The notes under the pieces: model-generated | The model's database searches: none | The model's input: only the letters and a program-made list of their open reading frames with translations | What the model was told of the DNA's origin: nothing | Source of the DNA: Ignavibacteriota bacterium | GTDB taxonomy: Bacteria > Bacteroidota > Ignavibacteria > UBA10030 > CAVZMI01 | Length of the DNA: 60,109 nt | NCBI GenBank assembly: GCA_963776275.1 | Contig: CAVZMI010000037.1 | Coordinates: 1 to 60,109 of the forward strand | Direction of reading: 5' to 3' | Made by a program: the position numbers and the translations under genes | Shown: positions 27,854-38,162 of the stretch, one piece after another | Layout of the letters: every line of letters begins with the position of its first letter | Numbering within the stretch: position 1 is the stretch's first letter

Positions 27854-27936
27854 AAAAAAAGCCCAGCGGTTGGGGGGAACGCCGGGCTCGACCCTTTTTT
27901 CTGCAACAGTCAGGGGAGAAGCTGTTGCAAGGTCAC
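27854..27936 (-). ncRNA. Candidate sRNA or attenuator leader with two C-rich loops, ending in an intrinsic terminator
   Basis: TGCAACAG-CTTCTCCCCTGA-CTGTTGCA inside GACC/GGTC, then GCCCGGCG-TTCCCCCCAAC-CGCTGGGC-T7. Confidence 0.55.
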
Positions 27937-27940
27937 AGCT

Positions 27941-27969
27941 ATTTTAAGAAAAAAGATTCCTTTTGTCAA
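27941..27969 (-). promoter_or_regulatory. Near-consensus sigma70 promoter
   Basis: TTGACA-N17-TAAAAT. Confidence 0.75.
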
Positions 27970-28012
27970 GGAAAAAAATAAAAAAATATTAATAAATATG
28001 ATAGAAGAAAAA

Positions 28013-28702
28013 TTATTGCGAATTTCCCCAATCTATAAGACCATCTATCAGTTTGATGATTTTGTTGGCTTTTGCTGCTAATTCAGCATTATGGGTGACT
28101 ATCACAAGCGTGATGCCGTGTTGGGTATTCAGATCATGAAGCAACGTGTGCAGTTGAGCAGCATTTTTTGAGTCGAGATTTCCCGATGGTTCGTCTGCAA
28201 GAATTATTGAGGGCTGATTGATCAGTGATCGGGCCACTGCGACACGTTGTTGTTCTCCGCCTGAAAGTTCAGATGGATGATGATCACTCCTGTGTGCAAG
28301 TCCCACTTCATCCAGAAGCTCGCGCGCTCGTTGAAGCGCTTTTGTCAACCGTTCACCATGGATGAATGCAGGCATCGCGACGTTTTCTGCTGCTGTGAAT
28401 TCAGGAAGAAGGTGGTGAAATTGAAAAATAAAACCGACTTTTTTATTACGAAATTCTGCCAGCGCTGTATCAGACATCGTAGCAATATTGACTCCTCCAT
28501 ATGTTACACTTCCTTCCGTCGGTCTATCCAATCCACCAAGGATATGCAGAAGAGTACTTTTCCCCGCACCCGAAGGTCCGATAATTGCAATCATCTCTCC
28601 TTTCAGAATACTGAGAGAAATTCCTTTCAGGACATAAACACCATGTTCATTCCCTCCCGTCCTGTACACCTTGTGAATATTTTCTGCGCGTAAGATCGTC
28701 AT
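28013..28702 (-). CDS. lolD: Lipoprotein-releasing ABC transporter ATP-binding subunit
   Basis: GPSGAGKST, FQFHHLLPEF, LSGGEQQR and DEPSGNLD; likely start MTILR at 28702. Confidence 0.93.
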   Translation of the reverse strand: MTILRAENIHKVYRTGGNEHGVYVLKGISLSILKGEMIAIIGPSGAGKSTLLHILGGLDRPTEGSVTYGGVNIATMSDTALAEFRNKKVGFIFQFHHLLPEFTAAENVAMPAFIHGERLTKALQRARELLDEVGLAHRSDHHPSELSGGEQQRVAVARSLINQPSIILADEPSGNLDSKNAAQLHTLLHDLNTQHGITLVIVTHNAELAAKANKIIKLIDGLIDWGNSQ

Positions 28703-28706
28703 AATA

Positions 28707-29931
28707 TTATTCCCATTGTACAGCTTCTGCCGGTAGGAGTACCGCTGCACGACGTGCCGGATACCATGCTGCAATAGTTGAGAGCAGTATTGCCGTCAAC
28801 CCGACAAGAATAAAATCGGCAATATGAACTTCAACGGGTATCGCTGGAATGATATAGACTGTCGGGTCCAGTGGAAAGAGGTGATACTTCTGTTGAAGAA
28901 TACACATAATATATCCTATACCACTCCCTGCAAGAGTTCCGATAATACCGACATATGCTCCCTCGAAGAGAAATATCGCCGCAATATTTCGATGACTCGC
29001 ACCCATACTCTTGAGAATTCCTATATCGCGTGTTTTTTCTATAACAGACATCGTTAACGAACCCAGAAGGTTAAACGTAGCGACCGCTATGATTAAACAA
29101 AGGATTATGTATGCAGCCCAACGTTCGACATTCATCATGGTATAGAGATCTTTATGCATATCATACCAAGTGCTGACCGATGTCTGTGGAAATTGTCCCT
29201 CGATTCTGCGCTTCATAATTTCGGTATTCTCGAATATATTCAATCTGACTTCAATCCCGTGAATATCGTTTTCCATATCGAAGAGCCGTTGTGCTGCTTT
29301 GAGCGAAATAAATCCGTATAAGCCGTCATAGTCTTTGTTATTTGATTCGAATATACCGGAGACTATATACTTCCTGACGTTCTGGTTGTACCATTTGCGT
29401 GAGGGTTGCCTGGATACCCCCCGGACTGACAACTGCAATCGTATCTCCCACCATTGCATTCAACCGATCGGCAAGTGCCATCCCTATGATAATGCCATTT
29501 TCTTCATTTTCACCAAATCCATATTTTCCGAGGACAATTTTTTCTTTGACACCTGAAACAGATTCGAATAAAGATGGGACAATACCTTTCAGGAAAATCA
29601 CATGGTTGTGATCGCGTGACACGATCATTGCCTTCCCGGACACAAACGGTGACGCACCCTTTATTTCCGGATTATCCGAGAGATACGTCGTTATCTGAGA
29701 TGCTACCCTAAAAACCCCTCCCTGTCGTGACTCGATACGAAGGTGGGGATCGAAACCGATGAGAATCGACGATACTAATCCGTTAAATCCATTAAACACT
29801 GAAAGCACGATTATAAGTGCTGCAACGCCGACGGTAATTCCAATGATCGAAATCGATGTAATTACCGTAATAAACCCGGCGTGCTTTTTCGAGCCGAGAT
29901 ATCTCCGCGCTATGAATGAAGAAATTTGCAT
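28707..29931 (-). CDS. LolC/E-family permease (apparent +1 indel at ~29383)
   Basis: FIARRYL, VLSVFNGF, EKTRDIGILKSMGA and YPARRAA, split across ORFs 29338-29931 and 28707-29459. Confidence 0.9.
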
Positions 29932-29934
29932 TGT

Positions 29935-31152
29935 TCACACAAAACGAATTGCCTGAATGGGATCGACACGCGCCGCCAATCGAGCCGGAATCAGTGTCGC
30001 GAAAAAACACAATACTATGCTCAAACAGGAGACTATCACAAAATATTCCGGACGAAGCAATATAGGGACTGCTGTCATAAAATAAACATTCTCGGGGATT
30101 GCAAATGGATGATACTGAAGCTGGATCCAGCATAGTATAAATGCGAGCATATCTCCCAGGAGTGTGCCGATCAGGCCGACGAACAGCCCTTCATATAAGA
30201 ATATTTTCCGCACACCGGATCGCCTCGAACCCAGGGTCCGCAATACACCTATCGATCGGATTTTTTCAAGCACTACCATCAGTAGTGTTCCAATGATATT
30301 TACAACGGCAACAATTATAATCAGCCCGAGAATGATCGGTGTCGGTTTTTTCTGAAGTTCTACCCATGTAAAAAGATTTCGATATAGTTGAAATACCGAT
30401 TGTGGATAATACGGATAACCCAGCTGACCCTGTAATCGTGTAAGAACTTCCTGTGTTTTCCGGACGTCATGAAGCATGATATCTATCCCCGTGGCAAGTC
30501 CTTTGAGTTCAAAAAGACTCTGTGCTTGACTGATATCGGAATAGATATAGATATCGTCAAACTCGGCCATTCCAGTTTCATATATTCCCGTCACACGGAA
30601 TTGCTTCACGCGTGATTCTCCTGCAGACTGGACTTTACCCGTCAATCCGAAAACTACAACCTTATCACCTATATCAAGGCTGAGTTTTCGTGCCAATTTT
30701 CTCCCGACGATGAGCGACGCTATCCCCTCTCTTGTAGAAAATGAATATAAGCCCTGAACGATGTGACGCCGGATCATCGGGAGTTCAGAGAGAGTGTCTA
30801 TTCCTTTCAGGAATGCACCATCGACGCCGTTCCGGCTTCGGATCATTACTTCCCGTGCTACGTACACTGTGGCTGATGCGATCTCGGGATTTTCGGTGAC
30901 AATTCTCACTTTCGTCTCTTCAGCGTTCCTAAGGGGCTGATTTTGAAATCCTGAAAGTTGAATATGAGCAGTGAAGCCGATTACTTTCTCCCTGATCTCC
31001 TTTTCAAATCCACCGAGAATAGAGAGTGTTATGATCAGTGCAGCGACACCTATCATAATTCCAACGATCGAGATGATGCTGAGAAAAGAAATAACCCCGC
31101 CCCGATGGCGTGTACGGAGATATCGTCGTGCTATGAAGTAAGAATAATTCAT
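29935..31152 (-). CDS. LolC/E-family permease
   Basis: FIARRYL, SILGGFEKEI, EKIRSIGVLRTLG and PARLAA. Confidence 0.92.
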   Translation of the reverse strand: MNYSYFIARRYLRTRHRGGVISFLSIISIVGIMIGVAALIITLSILGGFEKEIREKVIGFTAHIQLSGFQNQPLRNAEETKVRIVTENPEIASATVYVAREVMIRSRNGVDGAFLKGIDTLSELPMIRRHIVQGLYSFSTREGIASLIVGRKLARKLSLDIGDKVVVFGLTGKVQSAGESRVKQFRVTGIYETGMAEFDDIYIYSDISQAQSLFELKGLATGIDIMLHDVRKTQEVLTRLQGQLGYPYYPQSVFQLYRNLFTWVELQKKPTPIILGLIIIVAVVNIIGTLLMVVLEKIRSIGVLRTLGSRRSGVRKIFLYEGLFVGLIGTLLGDMLAFILCWIQLQYHPFAIPENVYFMTAVPILLRPEYFVIVSCLSIVLCFFATLIPARLAARVDPIQAIRFV

Positions 31153-31158
31153 TACCCA

Positions 31159-32260
31159 CTATGCCGATGGAAATGCAAGGAGATATCCCTTGATAAAGGC
31201 GTCAAGGTCGCCGTCCATTACCGCCTGTACATTTGAGGTCTCGATATTCGTTCGATGATCTTTTATAAGATTATAGGGATGAAACACATACGACCGTATC
31301 TGGCTACCCCATTCGATTTTTTTCTTTGTGCCCTCAATTGCGGTCAGTCGTGTTTGCTCCTCCTCTTTCCTGATCTGATACAGGCGCGATTTCAACATTT
31401 TCATTGCCCGTTCTCTATTTTGAAATTGTGAACGCTCCTGCTGGCAGGCGACGATAATACCGGTGGGAACATGCTTGATCCGGACAGCAGTTTCCACCTT
31501 ATTGACATTCTGCCCGCCTTTTCCACCTGATCGATATGTATCAAACTCGATATCGGCTGGATTAATCTCGATTTCGACATCGTCTTCGACTTCAGGATAA
31601 ACAAACACGGAAGCGAACGATGTATGACGTCGTGCATTTGCGTCGAATGGTGAAATGCGGACAAGACGGTGGACGCCAACTTCGGCTTTCATGTATCCGT
31701 AGGCGAATTCCCCCGTTACTTCGATAGTTGCACTCTTAATTCCCGCACCTTCACCCTCCTGCTGATCAACCAGTGCTGTGACGAACCCATGTTGATCGCA
31801 CCAGCGAAGATACATTCGCAAAAGCATTTCAGCCCAGTCCTGTGCTTCGGTACCGCCTGCTCCCGCGTGGATCTGTAGGATCGCATTTCGCTGGTCGTCT
31901 TCACCGCTGAGCATATTTTTAAATTCCAGATCTGCAATTCCCTGTTCCAACGCTTTGATTTCTTTTGCTGCTTCAGCGGCAAAGGCCTCATCCTTCGATT
32001 CCTCTGCGAGGTCGATCATTGCATTTATCTCTTCCCTCTGGGAACGAAGTTTTTGCCATGCATCAACCCACAATTTTCTCTTACTGATCTCCTGCATGAT
32101 TTTCTGGGCCTTGATATTGTCGTTCCAGAAATCGCTTGCGTGGGTTTTTTCCTGAAATTCCTCTATTTCCTTTTCTTTTCGATCAAGGTCAAAGATAACC
32201 CCGGAGGGAAGTAATTCGCTCGGTAAGTGTGCGTAGTTGTTCAGTTATTTCTTCGAACAT
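31159..32260 (-). CDS. prfB: Peptide chain release factor 2 with programmed +1 frameshift
   Basis: GGQ and SPF motifs; the 5' ORF MFEEIT...RGYL ends in CTT-TGA-C at 32194-32188, preceded by SD-like CGGGGT. Confidence 0.97.
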
Positions 32261-32268
32261 TGTTTTTC

Positions 32269-34038
32269 CTATTTTATACGAATGTGCAGTTCTTCCAATT
32301 GTTTCGGATCCACTTCCGACGGGCACTCATCCATGAGCGACATTCCACTGCTCGTCTTGGGGAATGCAATGACATCACGGATGGACTTCTGTCCTGCCAG
32401 GATCATTGCTATCCTGTCAAAACCTAATGCTATGCCCCCATGAGGCGGGGCGCCGTATTTAAATGCATCGAGTATAAATCCGAATTTTCGATATGCTTCT
32501 TCTTCATTAATTCCAAGAAGGGAGAACATTTTCGATTGTAATTCACGGCTGAAAATTCGGATACTTCCGCCGGCGATTTCGTTGCCATTTAAAACCAGAT
32601 CGTAGGCTCGAGCCCGTGCTTTTCCGGGATCATTATCCAGCAGCGGCTCATCTTCAGATTTGGGCGACGTGAAGGGATGATGGACCGCAACATATCGTTT
32701 CTCTTCCTCACTGAATTCCAGAAGCGGAAAATCTGTTACCCAGAGGAATTTAAAATCCTGTTTCTCATTGTTGAGAAGATCCAGCCGTTGAGCCATCTCG
32801 AGTCTTAGACTACCAAGTATTGAATAAGCCTTATGCCATGAATCAGAAACGAGAAAGAATAAATCGCCGCTCTTTGCCTTCATCGCCTGTGCTATGGCCA
32901 GTAGGGTATTGCTACCGACAAATTTCTCAATCGGACATTCAACGCCGGTATCGGAGACTCTTGCATAGATTAATCCACCCGCCCCGAGTTTCTTTGTAAA
33001 ATCAACAATATTATCAAGCTGATTTCGGTTATAGGATGCACCCCCGGGTAGAACAAATCCCGCAACAACTCCGCCTCTGGCGATGTTATCGGAAAATACT
33101 TTGAAGGAAGTTGAAGCGACGATTTTTGTAACATCGGTCAACTCGAGTCCAAAACGTAAATCGGGCTTATCGCCCCCGTATTTTTCCATTGCCTCTTTGT
33201 ATGTCAGTCGTATGAACGGGGTTTGAATGTCGACACCCTTAATTTCTTTCATGAACCGGATAATAAGCCCTTCTGTCATGCTGTAAATATCTTCTTCATC
33301 AATAAACGACATCTCAACATCAATCTGAGTGAATTCCGGTTGCCGATCGGCACGCAGGTCTTCGTCCCTGAAGCATTTCACGATCTGAAAATATTTATCG
33401 AAACCGGCGACCATGAGAATTTGCTTGTAGGTCTGGGGTGACTGCGGGAGTGCATAAAACTTCCCCCGGTGAATGCGACTCGGTACAAGGTAGTCCCGCG
33501 CTCCTTCGGGTGTACTCTTCATGAGTACGGGGGTTTCGACTTCGACAAATTTATTTTCATCAAAATATTTACGCGCTATCTGATACATTGTGTGGCGCAT
33601 AAGAATATTCCGTTGAAGCGGTTCGCGGCGAAGATCGAGATACCTGTATTTCAGACGCAGTTCCTCGCTAGCTTCCACACGCTCTTCGATCGGGAATGGC
33701 GGCGTTTCGGCTTTGCTCAGTATCGTCAAAACATCGACGAGAACATCTATTTCACCCGTATCTAGATTCGGATTAGCGGTTCCGTCAGGACGTTTTTCGA
33801 CAACACCGGTCACCGATATCACAAACTCGCTCCGGATGTCCTTGGCAATCTGATAGACCTCTTCATTGCGCTGTGGTTGAAAGACGATCTGTGTTCTGCC
33901 GTAGCGGTCCCTGAGGTCGATAAAAATCACTCCTCCGAGATCCCGCCGTCGGTCCACCCATCCCGTTAATGTGATCATCTTTCCGACATGGTGAAGACGT
34001 AATTCGCCGCAGGTATGTGTCCGCTTATTGTACTGCAT
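32269..34038 (-). CDS. aspS: Aspartate-tRNA ligase
   Basis: RTHTCGEL, STPEGARDYLVPSR, CFRDEDLRADRQPEF and GAPPHGG. Confidence 0.98.
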   Translation of the reverse strand: MQYNKRTHTCGELRLHHVGKMITLTGWVDRRRDLGGVIFIDLRDRYGRTQIVFQPQRNEEVYQIAKDIRSEFVISVTGVVEKRPDGTANPNLDTGEIDVLVDVLTILSKAETPPFPIEERVEASEELRLKYRYLDLRREPLQRNILMRHTMYQIARKYFDENKFVEVETPVLMKSTPEGARDYLVPSRIHRGKFYALPQSPQTYKQILMVAGFDKYFQIVKCFRDEDLRADRQPEFTQIDVEMSFIDEEDIYSMTEGLIIRFMKEIKGVDIQTPFIRLTYKEAMEKYGGDKPDLRFGLELTDVTKIVASTSFKVFSDNIARGGVVAGFVLPGGASYNRNQLDNIVDFTKKLGAGGLIYARVSDTGVECPIEKFVGSNTLLAIAQAMKAKSGDLFFLVSDSWHKAYSILGSLRLEMAQRLDLLNNEKQDFKFLWVTDFPLLEFSEEEKRYVAVHHPFTSPKSEDEPLLDNDPGKARARAYDLVLNGNEIAGGSIRIFSRELQSKMFSLLGINEEEAYRKFGFILDAFKYGAPPHGGIALGFDRIAMILAGQKSIRDVIAFPKTSSGMSLMDECPSEVDPKQLEELHIRIK

Positions 34039-34181
34039 TTTTCTACATCAGTTCCTTTCCGAAGGTAAGAGAACCGGAATTCTCATTATACATTATAATG
34101 AAAAAAAGAAGCATCCGCAATTTTTCTCTGCTTGCTTCTCTCCATTTTAAAGCATACAACCTATACGGAATTCCGGAGTTT

Positions 34182-34505
34182 TTATGAGGTGTGTTTTAAA
34201 AGTTTCTCTACGATATGTTTCTTGGAAACGGCACCGACTATTTGTTCGACAACCTGTCCCTCCTTGAAGATAAGGAGTGTCGGAATACTCCTAATACCGA
34301 ATTGCATTGCTATCTTGGGATTATTATCAACGTCAACTTTGACAACTTTGATTTTCCCTTCATATTCACCCGCGAGTTCTTCAATGACGGGTGCAATCAT
34401 CCTGCATGGACCGCACCATACCGCCCAGAAATCGGCAATAACAGGAACAGACGATTGGAGTACTTCGGATACAAAATTGCTATCGGTGACTTGTAGTGCT
34501 TTCAT
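34182..34505 (-). CDS. trxA: Thioredoxin
   Basis: WCGPC and RSIPTL. Confidence 0.97.
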   Translation of the reverse strand: MKALQVTDSNFVSEVLQSSVPVIADFWAVWCGPCRMIAPVIEELAGEYEGKIKVVKVDVDNNPKIAMQFGIRSIPTLLIFKEGQVVEQIVGAVSKKHIVEKLLKHTS

Positions 34506-34523
34506 TGTGTCCCCTTTGTATGA

Positions 34524-37500
34524 TTAACCCGTTATCTTAACACCGTCAATGCCGGGCAGCTGACGAACTTCCGTGAAAAATTCTTCCGATGGTTGAACCG
34601 TATATAATTTTGAATAAAAAACACGTTTCTGTGATAGTGTTGAACCTACAAGATTAAAATAACAAGAGCACGAACCTCCCCTATAGCGTTCCATGATTTT
34701 TCGAAGCTGGGAGATTGTCTGTTCCCCAGCTACATCTATGTTGATTGTAAAGATAACACTTTTTCCGAAAGTTTCCTTAACTCTTTCAATCGGATAAATG
34801 TCGTTTGCGATGACCTTAAGATTGTTTCCGCTGGGTTCTCCTTTTCCAACCACCATGACCATTGCATCATTAACTAGGATCTGTTCATGCCGCCGGTATG
34901 CATCAGAGAACACGACACACTCGCCCTTTCCCGAAAAATCTTCGATTGTTATAAAGGCCATCGTGTTTCCACGCTTATCGATTTTCTTTTTCACCGATGT
35001 AACAATACCGCACACACGTACTGAACTCCCATCTTTGATACTCTCTCCATCTCCGAGACGGGCAGTTGCGAATGATTCAACGACGTCTTTAAACCGGTTC
35101 AGGGGATGACCCGAGACGTAAAACCCGAGTAGTGCCTTCTCCCGCCGAAGTTTTTCCATTTCTGTCCACGGCTCGACGGCCGGGAGTGAGGGTGTTCCGA
35201 AAACACCGTGATGTGACGATTTTCCGGCTTCGAACAGATTTGATTGATGGCGCCTTGCTTCCTCCTGGAAATTTTGACCGTATGTCGTTGCCAAATCGAC
35301 GCTTTCGAGGAGTTGTGCCCGATGACCGGGTATGGAATCGAATGCTCCTGCCTGAATAAGACTTTCGATCATTTTCTTATTGACAATTCGAAGGTCGACT
35401 TTCGAACAAAAATCGTATAACGAAGAAAATTTTCCCGCAGTATTTCGTACTTGAACGATTGTATCTACTGCTCCGGAACCAACATTTTTGATTGCGCTCA
35501 GTCCGAACCGGATACCACTCTTAGATACAATAAAATCGGCTTCACTTTCATTCACATCGGGTGGAAGTACCTCGATGCCGAGCGAGCGGCAGTCATCGAT
35601 AAATAATACAATTTTGTCGGTGTTGCCGATTTCACTCGAAAGTGTCGCGGCCATAAACTCGGCCGGATAGTGAGCCTTCAGAAATGCTGTCTGGTATGCA
35701 ATTATGGAGTACGCTACACTATGTGATTTATTGAAACCATATGATGCAAATTTCTCTATCAAATCGAAAATGTCGGATGCGACTTTTTTATCAATGTGAT
35801 TGCCGGCTGCACCATCGACAAATTCCTTTTTCAGTCTAGCCATCAATGCCTTGTCTTTTTTTCCCATTGCCCGGCGCATCATATCGGCGCGCGCAAGAGT
35901 GAATCCTGCAATCTCACTCGTGATCTTCATGACCTGTTCCTGATACACAATGATACCATAGGTCTCATGAAGAATCGATTCAAGTTTTGGATGAAGGTAC
36001 CCTATAATCTGGGTTCCATGTTTCCGGGCGATGAAATCATCAATCATCGACATCGGTCCGGGCCTGTAAAGCGCATTCATAGCAACGAGATCGGTTATCT
36101 TCGTCGGCCGGAGTTTACGCAGTGAATCCTGCATCCCCGAGCTCTCAAACTGAAATACGGCGACCGTCTGCCCTTTTGCAAATAATTCGAATGTGGCCGC
36201 ATCATCAATCGGGGTTGTATCAAGCTCGATATCGATTCCGTGACGTTGTTTGATCAACTGGAGTGTGTTTTCGATGACAGTAAGTGTCCGCAGACCCAGA
36301 AAATCCATTTTCAGCAAACCGGCTTCTTCAAGATCTTTCATGGCGTATTGCGTCATTGAATCTGTCTGGGGCGTTTTATAGAGCGGTACGTAGTCGCTGA
36401 TAGGACCGGGGGCAATGACGACACCAGCTGCATGCGTCGATGCGTTGCGATTCATCCCTTCGAGAACGAGTGAAACCTCTATCAACTGCTGGATTTTCGG
36501 ATCCTTGCTTTCTTTCACCCATTTCAGATCAGGAACATCATTCAGTGCCTCGGCAAGGGGTTTTACTTTCCCCTGAATGACAGGAATCTGTTTCGTAATC
36601 GAATCGATTGTGCTCAGGGGAACACCGAGAACACGGCCGACATCTTTCAAAACCGCCCGCGTGGCAAGACTTCCGAACGTTATGATTTGCGATACTGAGT
36701 CGGCCCCATATTTTTGGCGGACATAATCGATCACCCTTCCTCGCTTTGCATCCGAGAAATCAACGTCAATATCCGGCATGCTGATACGGTCCGGGTTCAA
36801 AAAACGCTCGAAAAGAAGGTCGTATTTTAATGGATCGATGTTCGTGATTCCGAGCGCGTAGGAGACGATGCTCCCCGCAGCACTTCCCCTCCCCGGACCA
36901 ACATAAACCCCCATCTCGCGTGCTTTGCTGATAAAATCGTGGACAATCAGGAAATATCCCGCATAATTCATTCGCGTAATAACTGAAAGCTCATGCTCTA
37001 AGCGTTCACTAATTTCCTGCGTTATATTTGGGTACCGATGTCCAATACCTTCATGTGCCAATTTCCTAAGATAGTCATTCAGCGTTGTAACGCCTGCCTC
37101 AGGAGGAATTGGAAACTCGGGCATATGGTTCGTATGGAGATCCAATTCCACATTGCACTTTTCTGCCACTTCAAGCGTTGATTCAAGTGCCTGTGGATAG
37201 TGATAAAACAATGCGGCCATTTCGGCGCTCGATTTGAAGTAGATTTGATCGGTTCCATACCGTAGTTGCGTATAATCCTGTATATTCGTACTGCTGGCCT
37301 CCGGGATCATAAGCAAGATATTGTGAGCAATAGCGTGCTCGTGTTTTATATAATGGCAATCGTTTGTCGCTATCAATTTGATCTCGAGCTCTTGAGCCAG
37401 CTTCGGCATGTTAGCAAGGATGATTTTTTCCCTTTCAAGACCATGATCCTGGATCTCAAGGTAGAAATCTTCGCCAAGTATTTCCTTGTAGAGAACAGCC

Positions 37501-38000
37501 GTTTCACGTGCCAGATCATATCGCCCATCCACAAGATGCGTCGCAACAACTCCTCCTGAACAGGCTGAGAGTCCAATGAGTCCTTCTGAATATTGCCGGA
37601 GTGTATCGAGATCGATTCGTGGTTTATAATAAAAACCTTCGATATGCCCGATCGTAGAAAGCTTGACCAGATTTTTATAACCTGTCTGGTTTTTTGCCAG
37701 AAGGACAAGGTGGTGATAGATTCCTCTTTTCCCAGCATTCGTGCGCGCTTCCGCCGGAGTGACTTTATCGAAACGAGATCCTTTTGTCACAATATAGACT
37801 TCACTGCCAATAATCGGTTTGATATTCGCTTTTTTTGCCTTCTGATAAAATTCAATCGCGCCGAATAATACACCATGATCGGTCAGTGCCACGGCGGGCA
37901 TCTTCTGTTCTACTGCAGCATTGATAAGATCTTCTACTGTGCAGGCACCATCCAGAAGACTGTAGTGTGTATGATTATGAAGATGAACGAAGTCGGACAC
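34524..38000 (-). CDS. dnaE: DNA polymerase III alpha subunit
   Basis: PHP domain HLHNHTHYSLLDG, GRGSAAGS, PDIDVD, YGFNKSH and OB fold; no intein seen. Confidence 0.98.
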   Translation of the reverse strand: MSDFVHLHNHTHYSLLDGACTVEDLINAAVEQKMPAVALTDHGVLFGAIEFYQKAKKANIKPIIGSEVYIVTKGSRFDKVTPAEARTNAGKRGIYHHLVLLAKNQTGYKNLVKLSTIGHIEGFYYKPRIDLDTLRQYSEGLIGLSACSGGVVATHLVDGRYDLARETAVLYKEILGEDFYLEIQDHGLEREKIILANMPKLAQELEIKLIATNDCHYIKHEHAIAHNILLMIPEASSTNIQDYTQLRYGTDQIYFKSSAEMAALFYHYPQALESTLEVAEKCNVELDLHTNHMPEFPIPPEAGVTTLNDYLRKLAHEGIGHRYPNITQEISERLEHELSVITRMNYAGYFLIVHDFISKAREMGVYVGPGRGSAAGSIVSYALGITNIDPLKYDLLFERFLNPDRISMPDIDVDFSDAKRGRVIDYVRQKYGADSVSQIITFGSLATRAVLKDVGRVLGVPLSTIDSITKQIPVIQGKVKPLAEALNDVPDLKWVKESKDPKIQQLIEVSLVLEGMNRNASTHAAGVVIAPGPISDYVPLYKTPQTDSMTQYAMKDLEEAGLLKMDFLGLRTLTVIENTLQLIKQRHGIDIELDTTPIDDAATFELFAKGQTVAVFQFESSGMQDSLRKLRPTKITDLVAMNALYRPGPMSMIDDFIARKHGTQIIGYLHPKLESILHETYGIIVYQEQVMKITSEIAGFTLARADMMRRAMGKKDKALMARLKKEFVDGAAGNHIDKKVASDIFDLIEKFASYGFNKSHSVAYSIIAYQTAFLKAHYPAEFMAATLSSEIGNTDKIVLFIDDCRSLGIEVLPPDVNESEADFIVSKSGIRFGLSAIKNVGSGAVDTIVQVRNTAGKFSSLYDFCSKVDLRIVNKKMIESLIQAGAFDSIPGHRAQLLESVDLATTYGQNFQEEARRHQSNLFEAGKSSHHGVFGTPSLPAVEPWTEMEKLRREKALLGFYVSGHPLNRFKDVVESFATARLGDGESIKDGSSVRVCGIVTSVKKKIDKRGNTMAFITIEDFSGKGECVVFSDAYRRHEQILVNDAMVMVVGKGEPSGNNLKVIANDIYPIERVKETFGKSVIFTINIDVAGEQTISQLRKIMERYRGGSCSCYFNLVGSTLSQKRVFYSKLYTVQPSEEFFTEVRQLPGIDGVKITG

Positions 38001-38162
38001 AATTATCCTTTTCGATTATTTCAATATTGCTGAAGGAACTGTAAGTGCACGGCTCGACACTCCTTCCTTCGATTCCCCGCAGCGTAGCTCGGTGTAAGTC
38101 ACCCAGAACAAGCCAGTGTGTTCACCATAAATCCGATAGTCTGGTTATTCATTAATTAATAA

